Assembly (NCBI GenBank): GCA_965218795.1
Contig: OZ244653.1
Span: 1,504,001-1,568,000, forward strand
Length of the DNA stretch: 64,000 bases
From: a bacterium
GTDB lineage: Bacteria > UBA8248 > JACPRG01 > G963555815
Direction: 5' to 3'
The position numbers were made by a program, and so were the translations under genes. Below the pieces are notes generated by a model that saw only the letters and a list, made by a program, of their open reading frames with translations, did no database searches and had not been told where the DNA came from. The stretch's first letter is position 1; each line of letters begins with the position of its first letter. Below, in pieces: positions 20,835 to 31,178 of the stretch.

Positions 20835-21822
20835 TCCGCGCCCCCGAATCCTCGATCCACCCGAAGAGGCCTCTCCGTGCGAACAGAACGACAACGATCA
20901 TCACGAGCCCGAGGATCAGCATCCAGTGCTCGGTATAGATGGAGAGGACCTCCTCCAGGAGGAGAAAAACCGCGGCTCCGAACACAGGGCCGTAGAGCGT
21001 GCCCATCCCGCCCAGGATGACCATGATCATGATCTCCCCCGAGACCGTCCAGTGCATCAGGTTCGGGCTGACGAATTCAGTCTGGTTTGCGATCAGAGCG
21101 CCTGACAATCCGCCGATGGCTCCCGCAATCACAAAACAGGTCAGCTTATACCGATAGACGGGAAACCCGAGCGCGCTCATCCGTCGCTCGTTTTCCTTGC
21201 AGCCGCGGATTACCATCCCGAAGCGGGAGCCAACCAACCGGCGGCTGAAATACAGAAAAAGAAGCAGTAAGGCCAGGCAGAGGTAGTAGAACGTCCCATC
21301 GTCGCTGAGGTCCAGTCCCCCGAAACTGTTTCGGGAGACCATGCTCAGTCCGTCATCGCCGCCGTACTTCTCGAGGGAGATAAAGAAGAAGTACATCATT
21401 TGGGCGAAGGCCAAGGTGATCATGATGAAGTAGATGCCGCTCGTCCGGAGGCTGACCCCGCCGATGATGAAGGCCAGGACCCCCGAAAGGAAGACCGCCA
21501 ACGGCCAGGAGGCGAAGGCGTTTTCCGTCCCGTGGATGGGAAGCCAGCTGAACACGGGCGTGTCTTCGACGCTGTGGAACGCCAGGATATCGACCACGTA
21601 GGCCCCCGCCCCGAAAAACGCGGCGTGGCCGAGACTCACCATACCCCCGAACCCTAAAATCAGGTCCAGGCTCACTGCGGCCAGGGCGTAAATCAGAATC
21701 CGGCTGAACAGGCTGATGATGAAGGGCTCTTGAAGCGCGGCAGCGGCGGGAGGGAGTCCGATCAAAAGGACCACCCCGCCAAAGAGCATCCAGCCTTTCG
21801 GGGATGGCCGGAATTCAGGCAT
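20827..21822 (-). CDS. ABC permease (LivM-like)
   Basis: GFGGMVSLGHAAFFG, YFIMITLAFAQ, GGDDG. Confidence 0.9.
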   Translation of the reverse strand: MPEFRPSPKGWMLFGGVVLLIGLPPAAAALQEPFIISLFSRILIYALAAVSLDLILGFGGMVSLGHAAFFGAGAYVVDILAFHSVEDTPVFSWLPIHGTENAFASWPLAVFLSGVLAFIIGGVSLRTSGIYFIMITLAFAQMMYFFFISLEKYGGDDGLSMVSRNSFGGLDLSDDGTFYYLCLALLLLFLYFSRRLVGSRFGMVIRGCKENERRMSALGFPVYRYKLTCFVIAGAIGGLSGALIANQTEFVSPNLMHWTVSGEIMIMVILGGMGTLYGPVFGAAVFLLLEEVLSIYTEHWMLILGLVMIVVVLFARRGLFGWIEDSGARNG

Positions 21823-22735
21823 AGGCGGGCAACAATCCGCGAGGCTTCCAGGCCAGGATGACGGCCATCAGGATGTAGATGGCCATCGAGGCGAGGGACG
21901 CGCCCGCCCCGTCGGCCGTGGCGGCGTCGAGGAACAATTTGAAAAATACCGGCAGGAAGGCCCGGCCCAGGGTGTCGATCAGTCCGATCATGATCGCTCC
22001 AAGCAATGCGCCCTTGATGGAGCCAATCCCCCCGATGACGATCACAACAAAGGTCAGGATCAGAATGTCTTCGCCCATCCCCACCTCGACGGCGAAGATC
22101 GGTCCCGCCATCACGCCCGCCACCCCGGCCAGCATGGCGCCCAGCCCGAAGACCAGCGTGTACAGCAGTTTCACGTTGACGCCCATGGCGCCCACCATCT
22201 CACGGTTGCTCGCGCTGGCGCGGATCAGCATCCCCAGTCGGGTCTTGGTGATCAGGAAATAGAGGAAGACGCCGACACCGATGCCCGCAACGATGATCGC
22301 AAGCCGGAAAGCGGGATACGGGGCGCCGGGGATGATCTCCACCGTCCCCGAGAGGGCTTTCGGCACGTCCAAAAAGAGGGCTGAGGGGCCCCAGACAATC
22401 TTCGTCAGCTCGTTGAAAAAGAGAATGAGGCCAAAAGTCGCCAAGACCTGATCCAGATGGTCGCGGGCGTACAGCGTGCGCAGCGCGATCATCTCCACCA
22501 CCATGCCCACCACCGCCGCCCCGGGCAGGGCGACCAGGACCCCGAGGACGAACGAGCCCGTGATTTGAAAGATGGTGGCGCAAAGGTACGCCCCGACCAT
22601 GTAGAGCGAGCCGTGGGCCAGGTTGATGAGGTCCATGATGCCGAAAACGAGGGTCAGCCCGGCCGCCATCAGAAACAGCATCACCCCGAATTGCAGACCG
22701 TTCAGGAATTGTTCGAGGAACAAAAGGAAGGTCAT
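21815..22735 (-). CDS. ABC permease (LivH-like)
   Basis: GLTLVFGIMDLINLAHGSLYM, VVIVIGGIGS. Confidence 0.9.
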   Translation of the reverse strand: MTFLLFLEQFLNGLQFGVMLFLMAAGLTLVFGIMDLINLAHGSLYMVGAYLCATIFQITGSFVLGVLVALPGAAVVGMVVEMIALRTLYARDHLDQVLATFGLILFFNELTKIVWGPSALFLDVPKALSGTVEIIPGAPYPAFRLAIIVAGIGVGVFLYFLITKTRLGMLIRASASNREMVGAMGVNVKLLYTLVFGLGAMLAGVAGVMAGPIFAVEVGMGEDILILTFVVIVIGGIGSIKGALLGAIMIGLIDTLGRAFLPVFFKLFLDAATADGAGASLASMAIYILMAVILAWKPRGLLPAYA

Positions 22736-22804
22736 TGTGCACACGAATTGGGAGGATGAAGAGCGGGCGGCGGAACCTCCCGGTCGCCGCCGCCCCTTAT
22801 TCCC

Positions 22805-23977
22805 TTACTTCATCTTGCACTGATCGACATATGCGTTCGAACGCATCGAGAACGCTTTGCCCAAGGTCTTATTGGTGATCGTTCCGTTCTCATCCACGAC
22901 GATCCGGGTGTAGATGTCGTGAATGGGGTGGTGGTTCGAGGAGAACTTGAAATCACCCCGGACGGACTCGAAATCCGCCCGCCGCAGGGCTTCGCGGAAT
23001 TGGTCCTTCTTGGACATATCGCCTCCGACGGCCTTGACGGCGCTGCCGATCAGCTTGGCGGCGTCATAGCCCTGGCTGGCGAACATCGAGGGCAGGCGGC
23101 CGTACTTTTTCTTGAAATCGGCCACGAACCGCTTGTTGGCCGCGTTGGGCAGATCCTTGTTCTATTGGGTGGTGTTGACGACGCCCAGGGCGGCCTTGCC
23201 GGCGGCCTTGAGGATCGTCTGATCGAAGGAGAAACCCGGGCCGTACAGATCGATCTTGCCCACCAGGCCCGCCTGGTTCCACTGCTTCAGGAAGCTGATA
23301 CCCATCCCGCCCGGCAGGAAGAAGTAGACCGCCTGCGGGTTGGCGCTGCGAACCGCGGCGATCTCCGCCGCGTAATCCTTCAGACCGAGCTTGACGTACA
23401 CCTCGCCCGCGAGATTTTTCTTGTAGAAACGGCGGAATCCCTTGACCATATCCTTGCCCGCAGGGTAATTGACCGAGAGCGCGTAGACCTTGTTGAGGCC
23501 CTTGTCGGTCAGGTACTGTCCCATGGCTTCGGGGAGGTTATCGTTCTGCCAAGAGGTGTTGAAGTAATTCTTGTGGCAGCGCTTGCCGGCCAGGTAGGAA
23601 GGGCCTGCGTTGGGGCTGACGTAGAAAATCCCCTTGCGAACGACCTTGGGAACGACGGCGATGGCGATGTTGGACCAGATGATCCCGGTCATGATGTCGA
23701 CCTTGTCCCGCTTGACGAACCGGTCGGAAATCTGCTTCGCCCGGCCGGGCTTTCGCGCCGAGTCCTCCACCAGCAGTTTTACGGGATAACCGCCGAGCTT
23801 GCCGCCCTCCTGGTCGACAGCGAGCTTGAATCCATCCCGAACATCGATCCCCAATGCGCTTGCGCCGCCGGACAGGGTGGTGATCATCCCGATCTTCACC
23901 TCCGCCACGGCGCCGGAGGTCATCAGAAACAGTACGGCAACGGCCAATCCGATCATTCGTCTCATGATCCAAGTCAC
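22805..23977 (-). pseudogene. Liv-type ABC substrate-binding protein interrupted by one in-frame TAG (23162-23164)
   Basis: The two ORFs share a frame: ...VVNTTQ*NKDLPNAANKRFVADF... Confidence 0.8.
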
Positions 23978-24126
23978 TCCCTGCTAGAGAACCAGTACGA
24001 ACACGAAAACCGAGCCTGAACATCCTTAAGAAACAAATCGGCGACAATCCAGGCCAATGTTTCCAATTCATCGGAAAACAGTATTTTTATGACTATCCGT
24101 TATAAGAGTAAATGAATTTTGATGCA

Positions 24127-24140
24127 ATGGTCTGACCCAT
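24127..24140. promoter_or_regulatory. GntR/FadR-type operator-like palindrome in AT-rich divergent promoter region
   Basis: ATGGTCTGACCCAT resembles the TGGT-N3-ACCA consensus. Confidence 0.4.
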
Positions 24141-24194
24141 CAGCTATGTTCTTTTCAAGTATAAACTGGAGATCATGGGGGTAGATTCCAGTGG

Positions 24195-24270
24195 CAGGCC
24201 AAACGGCATCTTGGCCGTCAAAAGTTTTTCGAGGGGCTTGGAGACAGTTTTTCAAAAATGTCCCCAAGGA
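24195..24270 (-). repeat. Dispersed repeat family A, copy 1 (inverted)
   Basis: Reverse complement reads GGGGACATTTTTGAAAAACTGTC...CCCCTCGAAAAACTTTTGACGGCCAAG. Confidence 0.85.
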
Positions 24271-24305
24271 AAGAGCCGCTTCCTGACCATCATTGAGACA
24301 GCCTC

Positions 24306-25280
24306 ATGAGCAGACTCATCACGCTCGACCGGATCAAAAAAGCCCGGCAAGAACTGCCTGCCGTCATCCGGTGGACGCCGGTTCTGCCCCTCGCCCGGGA
24401 CCTCCCGGAAGTGGGCTGCGAGACCCTCTTCCTCAAGGCCGAGAATCTCCAGGTCACGGGCGCGTACAAACCCCGCGCGGCCTTCACAATCCTGAACGCC
24501 CTCTCCGCCGACGTCCGGTCCAAAGGCGTGGTGATGAGCTCTTCGGGTAACTTTGCCCAGGCGTTCGCTTATGCGGGAGCCAGCGGAGGGGTGCCCGTGG
24601 CGGTCGTCATGCCGGAGCAGACCAGTCCCTACAAGGTGGATGCCACGCGAGGCTGCGGGGCGGAGGTCTGCTTTTGCGAAAATTCCCTCGCGCGCCAGCC
24701 GACGGTCGAACGCATCTCGAAGGAACGGGGGATGACCGCCATCAACACATGGGAGGACCCGATGACGATCGCGGGCCACGGCACCCTCGGACTGGAAATC
24801 CTGGACGACCTGCCGGAGGTCGAGCAGGTCCTGGTTCCGGTGGGCAGCGCGGGACTGGCCGCGGGCATCGCCGCGGCGGTGAAGGAATCGCGTCCCGACG
24901 TCAGGGTCGTCGGCGTTCAGCCCGAGCGGGCCAACGCGGCGTATATATCCCTGCAAAAGGGCGAGCCCACGACCATCGACGACTGGGACAGCATGGCCGA
25001 CGGCCTCGCGCCCGTGCGTCCGGGCGACCTCCCCTTCCGCCACATCCAAGAGTACCTCGACGGCATCGTCCTGATTACGGAACAGGACATCGCCGCCGCG
25101 TTCAGGACGATGCTCCATCGGACCAAAATTCTCGCCGAACCCTCCGGAGCGGTCGCCCCCGCGGCCTACCTGACCGGCAAGGTGGACCTGGACAGGAAAA
25201 CGGTCGCCATCGTGACCGGAGGAAACCTGACCCAAGAGGTCATGGACAAGATGATGGCGATGCGCCCGCAGCAACCTTAA
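24306..25280 (+). CDS. PLP-dependent threonine/serine dehydratase-family protein
   Basis: KAENLQVTGAYKPR, SSGNFAQ, GHGTLGLE, EPSGA, TGGN; no ACT domain. Confidence 0.88.
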   Translation: MSRLITLDRIKKARQELPAVIRWTPVLPLARDLPEVGCETLFLKAENLQVTGAYKPRAAFTILNALSADVRSKGVVMSSSGNFAQAFAYAGASGGVPVAVVMPEQTSPYKVDATRGCGAEVCFCENSLARQPTVERISKERGMTAINTWEDPMTIAGHGTLGLEILDDLPEVEQVLVPVGSAGLAAGIAAAVKESRPDVRVVGVQPERANAAYISLQKGEPTTIDDWDSMADGLAPVRPGDLPFRHIQEYLDGIVLITEQDIAAAFRTMLHRTKILAEPSGAVAPAAYLTGKVDLDRKTVAIVTGGNLTQEVMDKMMAMRPQQP

Positions 25281-25298
25281 GAAGCGGAAGGCAGGCGC

Positions 25299-25392
25299 GG
25301 CGTATTCTTTGGGGGGACATTTTGAAAACTGTCCCCCCCAATCCCCCCCGAAAACTTTTTGACGGCCAAGCCTGAGGCTTAGCCTGCTCGCG
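25299..25392 (+). repeat. Dispersed repeat family A, copy 2
   Basis: GGGGGACATTTTGAAAACTGTCCCCCC...CCCCCGAAAACTTTTTGACGGCCAAGCC. Confidence 0.88.
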
Positions 25393-25568
25393 CTTTCCTC
25401 CTTTATGATGTGTCTTGATGAATGGGGACAAATCCCGTCCATCACGTCGGGTTGGGCAGCATGACGGGCTCGAAAGTTCTCAAGAGAAAGCTCTCAAGAT
25501 CAGAGCGGGATGGACGGATTCGGATCTCACGGGTCCGGCACCGGCCTCCCGCCGACGGGGGAAATACC

Positions 25569-26789
25569 ATGCCGCCGAAGGCCTTGAACAGCGATTACCG
25601 GATGTCGAGGGGGTTGACGCCGAAGGTCCCCCTGAAAGAGCTTCAGGTCCGATACCGAAGGCTTCAGCGGTCCTGCCGGGAGACCGGTTACGATGCCGTC
25701 CTGGTCTACGGCTCGCCTATTGAGCCCTCCTGGATGCGCTATTTCGCCAATTACGTCCACCCGCTCGCCATCGGAGATTCCTTTCTGCTTGCGGCGCCGC
25801 GGCGGCGGCCGATCCTCCTGGTGGACCAGGAGTGGTATCTGGCCAACGCCCGGGAGATGTCCTGGGTGGACAACGTCCGGGCGTACCCGTACGTCGAGTT
25901 CGATTGGGGCTACGACGTCCTCGTCCGGCTGTTCCGCAGGCTGTTCCGCTTTTGCGCGAAAGGGATCATCGGCGTCTGCGACGTGGACATGCCGGCCAAG
26001 TATCACCGTGCGCTGCGCGAGGCGCTGCCCAAGGCAGAGCTGCGCGATGCGACGTCCCTGCTTTGGTCGGTCCTGGAGGAGAAGAGCGCCTACGACATTT
26101 CGATGATCCGCAAGGCGGCGAAGATCGGCGACAGGGTCATGCGGGCGGCGCTGGAGGCGTGCGCGGCCGGAGTGCCCGAGTACGAGGTGGGGCTGGCCGC
26201 GGAGCGGGTGGCGTGGGAGAACGGCTGCGAGTACGGCAGCGGGAGCCAGTCGCGGACGCACATCTACGTGGCCACGGGGAGCGAGGTGCCCAGCAACGTG
26301 CGGCCCTACCGCTTCTCGCGCAAGCCGCTCCGCAGGGGCGAGATGTTCTTCATCGACCTGTCGATTTGTTACCAGGGGTATTACAGCGACCTGTGCCGGA
26401 CCGTGTGCGTCGGCCCGCCGAGCCGGAGGCAGCAAGACGTGTACGACGCCGTGATGGAGATCCACCGGGCGCTGTTCGCCGCCATGCAGCCGGGCGTGAC
26501 GGGGGAGGCGCTCTGGCGCATCGGGCTGGAGGTCGCGCGACGGGCCGGGTTGGGCGGGAAAGTGAACGCCGTCTGGGCGGGCCATGGCACGGGCCTGGCC
26601 GTCTCGGAGGCTCCCTTCTTCGCGCCGGGGGACCGGCACCCGCTGAAGGTGAATACCTTCGTCAACCTGGAGCCCGGACTTTTTCCGGGCGGCCGGACCG
26701 GCAACTGTTCCGTTGAGGACACCGCCTTCATCGGAGAGAACAAGACCCGCTTCGTCACCCGGTGCCCCCGGGCGCTTCATATTGCGTGA
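25569..26789 (+). CDS. M24 (Xaa-Pro peptidase/creatinase-like) hydrolase
   Basis: IDLSICYQGYYSDLCRT, GHGTGL, NLEPG, VEDT. Confidence 0.85.
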   Translation: MPPKALNSDYRMSRGLTPKVPLKELQVRYRRLQRSCRETGYDAVLVYGSPIEPSWMRYFANYVHPLAIGDSFLLAAPRRRPILLVDQEWYLANAREMSWVDNVRAYPYVEFDWGYDVLVRLFRRLFRFCAKGIIGVCDVDMPAKYHRALREALPKAELRDATSLLWSVLEEKSAYDISMIRKAAKIGDRVMRAALEACAAGVPEYEVGLAAERVAWENGCEYGSGSQSRTHIYVATGSEVPSNVRPYRFSRKPLRRGEMFFIDLSICYQGYYSDLCRTVCVGPPSRRQQDVYDAVMEIHRALFAAMQPGVTGEALWRIGLEVARRAGLGGKVNAVWAGHGTGLAVSEAPFFAPGDRHPLKVNTFVNLEPGLFPGGRTGNCSVEDTAFIGENKTRFVTRCPRALHIA

Positions 26790-26849
26790 CCGCTGCCGAC
26801 CTCATTCGCGGATGGAGGCAGGATGCTCGAGCATTCAGACGATCTTCAC

Positions 26850-27073
26850 TGATCTGGTCGGAATCAACAGATTGCGGCGCTCGGCCCTCCCTGCAAGACG
26901 ATTATTCCAAGATTGTCGCCTTCCGCAACATCATCGCCCACGACTATGATGTTCTGGGCCCGGCCGATCGTTTGGAGCGTCACCCAGGTGGACCTCCCGA
27001 GACTCCTGGAGCAAGCGAAAGCTCTCTTATCCGATGGCCGACCGAAACCAGTGAAGATTCCAAGCCGGTTTGA
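26850..27073 (+). pseudogene. HepT/DUF86 (HEPN) RNase toxin remnant
   Basis: KIVAFRNIIAHDYD (RX4HXY), then frameshift to IVWSVTQVDLPRLLEQ; no 5' half or MNT partner. Confidence 0.7.
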
Positions 27074-27244
27074 AGTCAGATAACAATCTCTGACATCATT
27101 GATGGAGAAGATGTTCGTCTCGTGAGGAATCAGGCCTTATCGGCAGCGGGAGAGTTCTATCAACCCCGGTGGAGGTGATTCTCCGTCCAGCCTCCAGGTT
27201 GATTCCGCTATTGTTCTGGCCCCACCCCATCCCTCGGAATCTCG

Positions 27245-28183
27245 ATGACGCCCGCTCACGCCATCCTCGTGGCCATCATATCGTCCATGTGCTTTGCAGT
27301 ATCCGAGATCACAGTGCGGAACGCACTCCGGTACGGGGCGCCCATCATCACCTGCATCCTCACGCTGGCCGTCCAGTGCATCATCCTGACGGTTTTCATC
27401 CTGATCACGGGGCAATTCTCGGAAATCAACGCGGAGGGCGTGCGGTGGTTCCTCCTGGCGGGCGTTCTGAATCCGTTCCTGTTCATCTCGTTCTATTTCC
27501 TGGGGATTCAGCGCATCGGCGTGACGCGCGCCGCGCCCATCAAGGGGTCCGCGCCCATCTTTGCTCTGATCTTCGCGGTGGGCATGCTGGGGGAACGGCT
27601 TGGGGCCGTTCAGTACCTGGGCATTGCGTTGGTTGTCGGGGGGATCCTGACGATCTCGATCGAGGGCTGGAGTTCGCGGCGGGTCGCTGCGTCCTCGGCG
27701 GAGGGTGCGGCGGGCGGGAGCGGCGAAGCGGGGGCTTCGGGCGGACGGCAGCCCGCGAAGATCGATTATCTGTTTCCGCTTCTAGCGGGCGTTGCCACGG
27801 GCGGGGCCTCGATTCTGTTCAAGATTGCGATGCAGAAGATGCCTTCCCCCTTGGTGGGGGCCTGGATCGGGAACCTGATGGGGCTGCCGTTGTTCCCGTT
27901 CGTGGCTTTGTTGTTTCCGAAAGAGCAGCGATACCGTATCAGCCGGCCGGCGTTTCCGTGGCTCCTGGTGACCGGCGCGTTCGTCGTAGGGGCGATGTAC
28001 ACATTGATCCTCTCGCTCAGCCTGGGCCAGGTCGCGATCGTTTTTACCCTCGTCCAGACCTCCCCGCTGTTTGTGCTTGCGTTATCGGTGCTGTTTTTTC
28101 GTCAGCTGGAGCGGGTGACGCCGAGGGTCTTCCTCGGGGCCGTCCTCACCGTCGGAGGCGGGGCGTTGGTGAGCTTGTTTTGA
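27245..28183 (+). CDS. DMT/EamA family transporter
   Basis: Two ~5-TM repeats, LGERL and LERVT motifs. Confidence 0.88.
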   Translation: MTPAHAILVAIISSMCFAVSEITVRNALRYGAPIITCILTLAVQCIILTVFILITGQFSEINAEGVRWFLLAGVLNPFLFISFYFLGIQRIGVTRAAPIKGSAPIFALIFAVGMLGERLGAVQYLGIALVVGGILTISIEGWSSRRVAASSAEGAAGGSGEAGASGGRQPAKIDYLFPLLAGVATGGASILFKIAMQKMPSPLVGAWIGNLMGLPLFPFVALLFPKEQRYRISRPAFPWLLVTGAFVVGAMYTLILSLSLGQVAIVFTLVQTSPLFVLALSVLFFRQLERVTPRVFLGAVLTVGGGALVSLF

Positions 28184-28342
28184 GGGGAGGAACCGGACCC
28201 TTCCTTGATCCTGGCCGCTATGTCTCTTGTGGTGCGGGGCGTCGGCATTCTCCAGGGCCATATGGGTCATGTCACCATTGGCGTTGTGGATGATTGCGGC
28301 ATGGTGTAGGGTATAAGAAACTCATATTGTTCTACCCTGGGG

Positions 28343-28606
28343 ATGGCGATGGGCCTCAACATCAAGAACGATGAAACCTGTCGGCTCGCTGGCGAACTGG
28401 CTCGGTTGACCGGTGAGACCATGACCGGCGCCATTACCGTCGCGCTGCGCGAACGCCTTGAGCGCGAGAGGAGCGCGCGCAGTGTCGAAACCCGCGTTCA
28501 AGAGTTGCGCGTCATCGCGGAGCGCTGCGCCAGGCTTCTGGATCCGGGGCCGTCGGCCGTGGAGCATGGCGACGTGCTCTACGACGAGCGAGGATTGCCC
28601 AAGTGA
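28343..28606 (+). CDS. vapB: Type II antitoxin VapB
   Basis: LNIKNDETCRLAGELARLTGETMTGAI..LYDERGLP; overlaps vapC. Confidence 0.9.
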   Translation: MAMGLNIKNDETCRLAGELARLTGETMTGAITVALRERLERERSARSVETRVQELRVIAERCARLLDPGPSAVEHGDVLYDERGLPK

Positions 28607-28992
28607 TCGTCGATAGCTCGGCGTTGCTCGCCGTTCTGTACCGCGAGCCGGACGCGGAACGCTACGAGACGGCGATCGCCGCAGTCCCGAACTGCCGCAT
28701 GTCGGTTGTCAACGCGCTGGAGGCATCCATCGTCGTGGAAGGTCGAGGCGGAGCGGCTGCGGGTCACGAACTCGACGTATTCCTGGAACGCGCCGGGATC
28801 GAATTGACGCCGGTCACGGTGGAACACGCGGCAGCGGCCCGGCGCGCCTGGCGTCGCTTCGGCAAGGGCAATCACCCTGCGGCGCTGAACTTTGGGGACT
28901 GCTTCGCCTATGCGCTCGCCGATGTGACGGGTGAGCCGCTGCTGTTCAAGGGCGAGGACTTCGCCCGCACCGATGTTGAAGCGGCGGGATGA
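28603..28992 (+). CDS. vapC: PIN-domain toxin VapC
   Basis: MIVDSSALLA, HPAALNFGDCFAYALA, PLLFKGEDF. Confidence 0.93.
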   Translation: MIVDSSALLAVLYREPDAERYETAIAAVPNCRMSVVNALEASIVVEGRGGAAAGHELDVFLERAGIELTPVTVEHAAAARRAWRRFGKGNHPAALNFGDCFAYALADVTGEPLLFKGEDFARTDVEAAG

Positions 28993-29077
28993 GCGAAGGC
29001 CCGGATTGCCCTTGGCTCTTTCTCGTCCGTCCGGCGAACCGACCCACCACCGCTCCCTTCCAGCGGCGTAGACTTTG

Positions 29078-29148
29078 GGCGTATTCTTCGGGGGACATTT
29101 TGAAAACTGTCCCCCCAAAGCCCCCCCGAAAACTTTCTGGCGGCCCTG
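29078..29148 (+). repeat. Dispersed repeat family A, copy 3
   Basis: GGCGTATTCTTCGGGGGACATTTTGAAAACTGTCCCCCC...CCCCCGAAAACTTT. Confidence 0.88.
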
Positions 29149-29293
29149 ATGCAGGTGAGGGGACACCCAATCGCAGACCGAAAGGCATTTCCAGGAGAAG
29201 GTCAATGGATATTCCCTGGCGTCACGACCCGTGGGATCCTTGCCATGCACGGACGCTCTGGATTCCTGTTGCAGCCTGTCCCCGAAGGCTTTT

Positions 29294-29392
29294 ATCGGGG
29301 GCAGGAATGACCGAGAACCTGCCCCTGCATGGTTTCAGCAGGGGGCGCGCCAATCCGAAAGTCACTCATCAAGCATGGTGTCCCAGAATCCG
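29294..29392 (+). repeat. Repeat family B, copy 1 (~100 bp direct repeat)
   Basis: ATCGGGGGCAGGAATGACCGAGA..GCCCCTGCATGGTTTCAGCAGGGGG..ATCCGAAAGTCA..CCCAGAATCCG, also at 31866-31966. Confidence 0.88.
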
Positions 29393-29435
29393 ACAAACTA
29401 CCCATCCGACACTGATCTCATATCCATGACGCGGT

Positions 29436-31178
29436 TCACAGCTTAGGCTTGACGCTCTTCGCCACACCGACAATCGCGTCCAGCTTTTCGCTGATCTCGG
29501 AGTCGATCTCCTCTTCGGGAACATACCCGGCGAGCTCGTAAAACTGCTTCTTGGCCATAAGATTGGGCAAATCAAGTTTCTTGAAATAGGCGCTAAAGAG
29601 AGGGGCAAGAAATTCGTCGCTCACCTTGACGTCGGCCTCCCATGGCGACGGCTTCCCCAGAGTCTTCATGGCCTCCTCTATCTCGGTAATGGCTTCTCGA
29701 ATCGCCGCGAGCCGCCTATTGACTTCCGCCTTCGTAAAAAGGGGCAGCGGCTCGTCTGCTGATGCCGAGCTTCGCGCATAAGCCTCCAGGGTCGCTCGAG
29801 TGCAAAAACAGTTTTCGATCTCACACTTTTTCCACATCAGGCATTCGAGTGAACCGCTTTCCGGCATACCGGCTTCGAGACGGTCGAAGAGGGCCACGCC
29901 TTTCAAGTCTGGAAAAGCCTCTCTGAGGCCGTGATAGTGGCGTGCGGCCTGCGTTGGTTGGTTCCCAACGTAATGCACGAAAGGACGCTCCAGCGTTTGG
30001 ATCGCGTCCTGATCGCCGAGGCGTTCGGCGAAAGCCTGCAATATCGCCAAATCCGTCGAACCTTCGAGATAAAGAACCCAACCCGTCTGTTCGGCCTGAT
30101 AGTACTGATCGAACCCGATCTCCCTGAGCGCCTTTTGCACCTGGCTCCCTTTGTCTCCGAGCCGATGGGGTCGGCCGACGAAGGCGATGACCATATCCTT
30201 GTCGGCGGCTTCGTTCAGAAGCACCTCTGAATGGCTCGCCGCGATGATCTGATTGCCGCGCTCCAGGGCGACATCGGTGATCAGCTTGTAGATTTGACGC
30301 TGGCGAAGGATTTCGAGATGCGCGTCGGGTTCGTCCAAAAGGATGACCGCGCCGGGATTGGCGTACATGTACGCCAGGATCAGCAAGGTTTGCTGCAACC
30401 CCCGTCCGCTGGAGGACAGATCGAGGCGGGTCTCACGCTCTCGATAATCCATCACGATTTCCCCCCGCTCCTTTATATAACGGGGGTCGTCGAGTTCGGC
30501 TCCGAAGAGGGCGCTGATCCGGGCCGTCAGCTTTTTCCACAGATCGGGGGTCTCGCTCTGAATCCTGAAGCAAAGATTACGTAAAACCTCGGCCGTTCGC
30601 CCTTCTCCCACCCGCACGTTTATCGCGCCTTGGTCGAGCCGCGTCTCGGTCGCCGCGAGACCGGACATGGGGGGAAGGAAGGCGATCTGCGTCGATCCGG
30701 CATCTTCGGGAACCGGCATCCGCTCCGGCGGCGCCTTGCCCTCACCCGCGCCGAGCCGCAGCGGACGGCAATAGAACGACTCTTCGTTCGCATAGTCGAA
30801 TTCGAGGCCGCAAGCCCACGCCTTGTCCTGACTGACGCCCTCGACGATGAGGTCGATCCGGACGTTATTCGTCCGCTGGCTGCCCTGAACTTTTCGCACG
30901 TCCCGTACATGGAGTTCGCGCCACAAGAGGGCCGCTTTCGGCACGGGTATGGCAAGGAGATCCCTACGGTTGACGGTGACGCCCGGGCGATTCTCCGGCG
31001 CAGTTCTCCCTGAGCGTTTCTCGTTCCAGCGTTTCAGGCCGATATCCCAAAGAGCAAGGGCCTGCATGGCCGAGGTCTTCCCTGAGTTGTTCGGACCGAT
31101 GAACACCACGGGATTCCCCAGCTCGATCTCGACCTCGCCGAAGCGTTTGAAGTTGCGGATGGTGAGCCTGGTAAGCAT
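29436..31178 (-). CDS. ABC-type ATPase with C-terminal TOPRIM-like domain (OLD-family-like ATP-dependent nuclease)
   Basis: TIRNFKRF, GPNNSGKT, SSGRG, LLDEPDAHL, ASHS, then YLEGSTD and LFDR; RBS AGGAG before ATG at 31178. Confidence 0.75.
   Translation of the reverse strand: MLTRLTIRNFKRFGEVEIELGNPVVFIGPNNSGKTSAMQALALWDIGLKRWNEKRSGRTAPENRPGVTVNRRDLLAIPVPKAALLWRELHVRDVRKVQGSQRTNNVRIDLIVEGVSQDKAWACGLEFDYANEESFYCRPLRLGAGEGKAPPERMPVPEDAGSTQIAFLPPMSGLAATETRLDQGAINVRVGEGRTAEVLRNLCFRIQSETPDLWKKLTARISALFGAELDDPRYIKERGEIVMDYRERETRLDLSSSGRGLQQTLLILAYMYANPGAVILLDEPDAHLEILRQRQIYKLITDVALERGNQIIAASHSEVLLNEAADKDMVIAFVGRPHRLGDKGSQVQKALREIGFDQYYQAEQTGWVLYLEGSTDLAILQAFAERLGDQDAIQTLERPFVHYVGNQPTQAARHYHGLREAFPDLKGVALFDRLEAGMPESGSLECLMWKKCEIENCFCTRATLEAYARSSASADEPLPLFTKAEVNRRLAAIREAITEIEEAMKTLGKPSPWEADVKVSDEFLAPLFSAYFKKLDLPNLMAKKQFYELAGYVPEEEIDSEISEKLDAIVGVAKSVKPKL

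Noticed and set aside
23162-23164. Pyrrolysine or stop-codon recoding
   Set aside because: One-step change from TGG; other genes here end in TAG; no pyl genes seen
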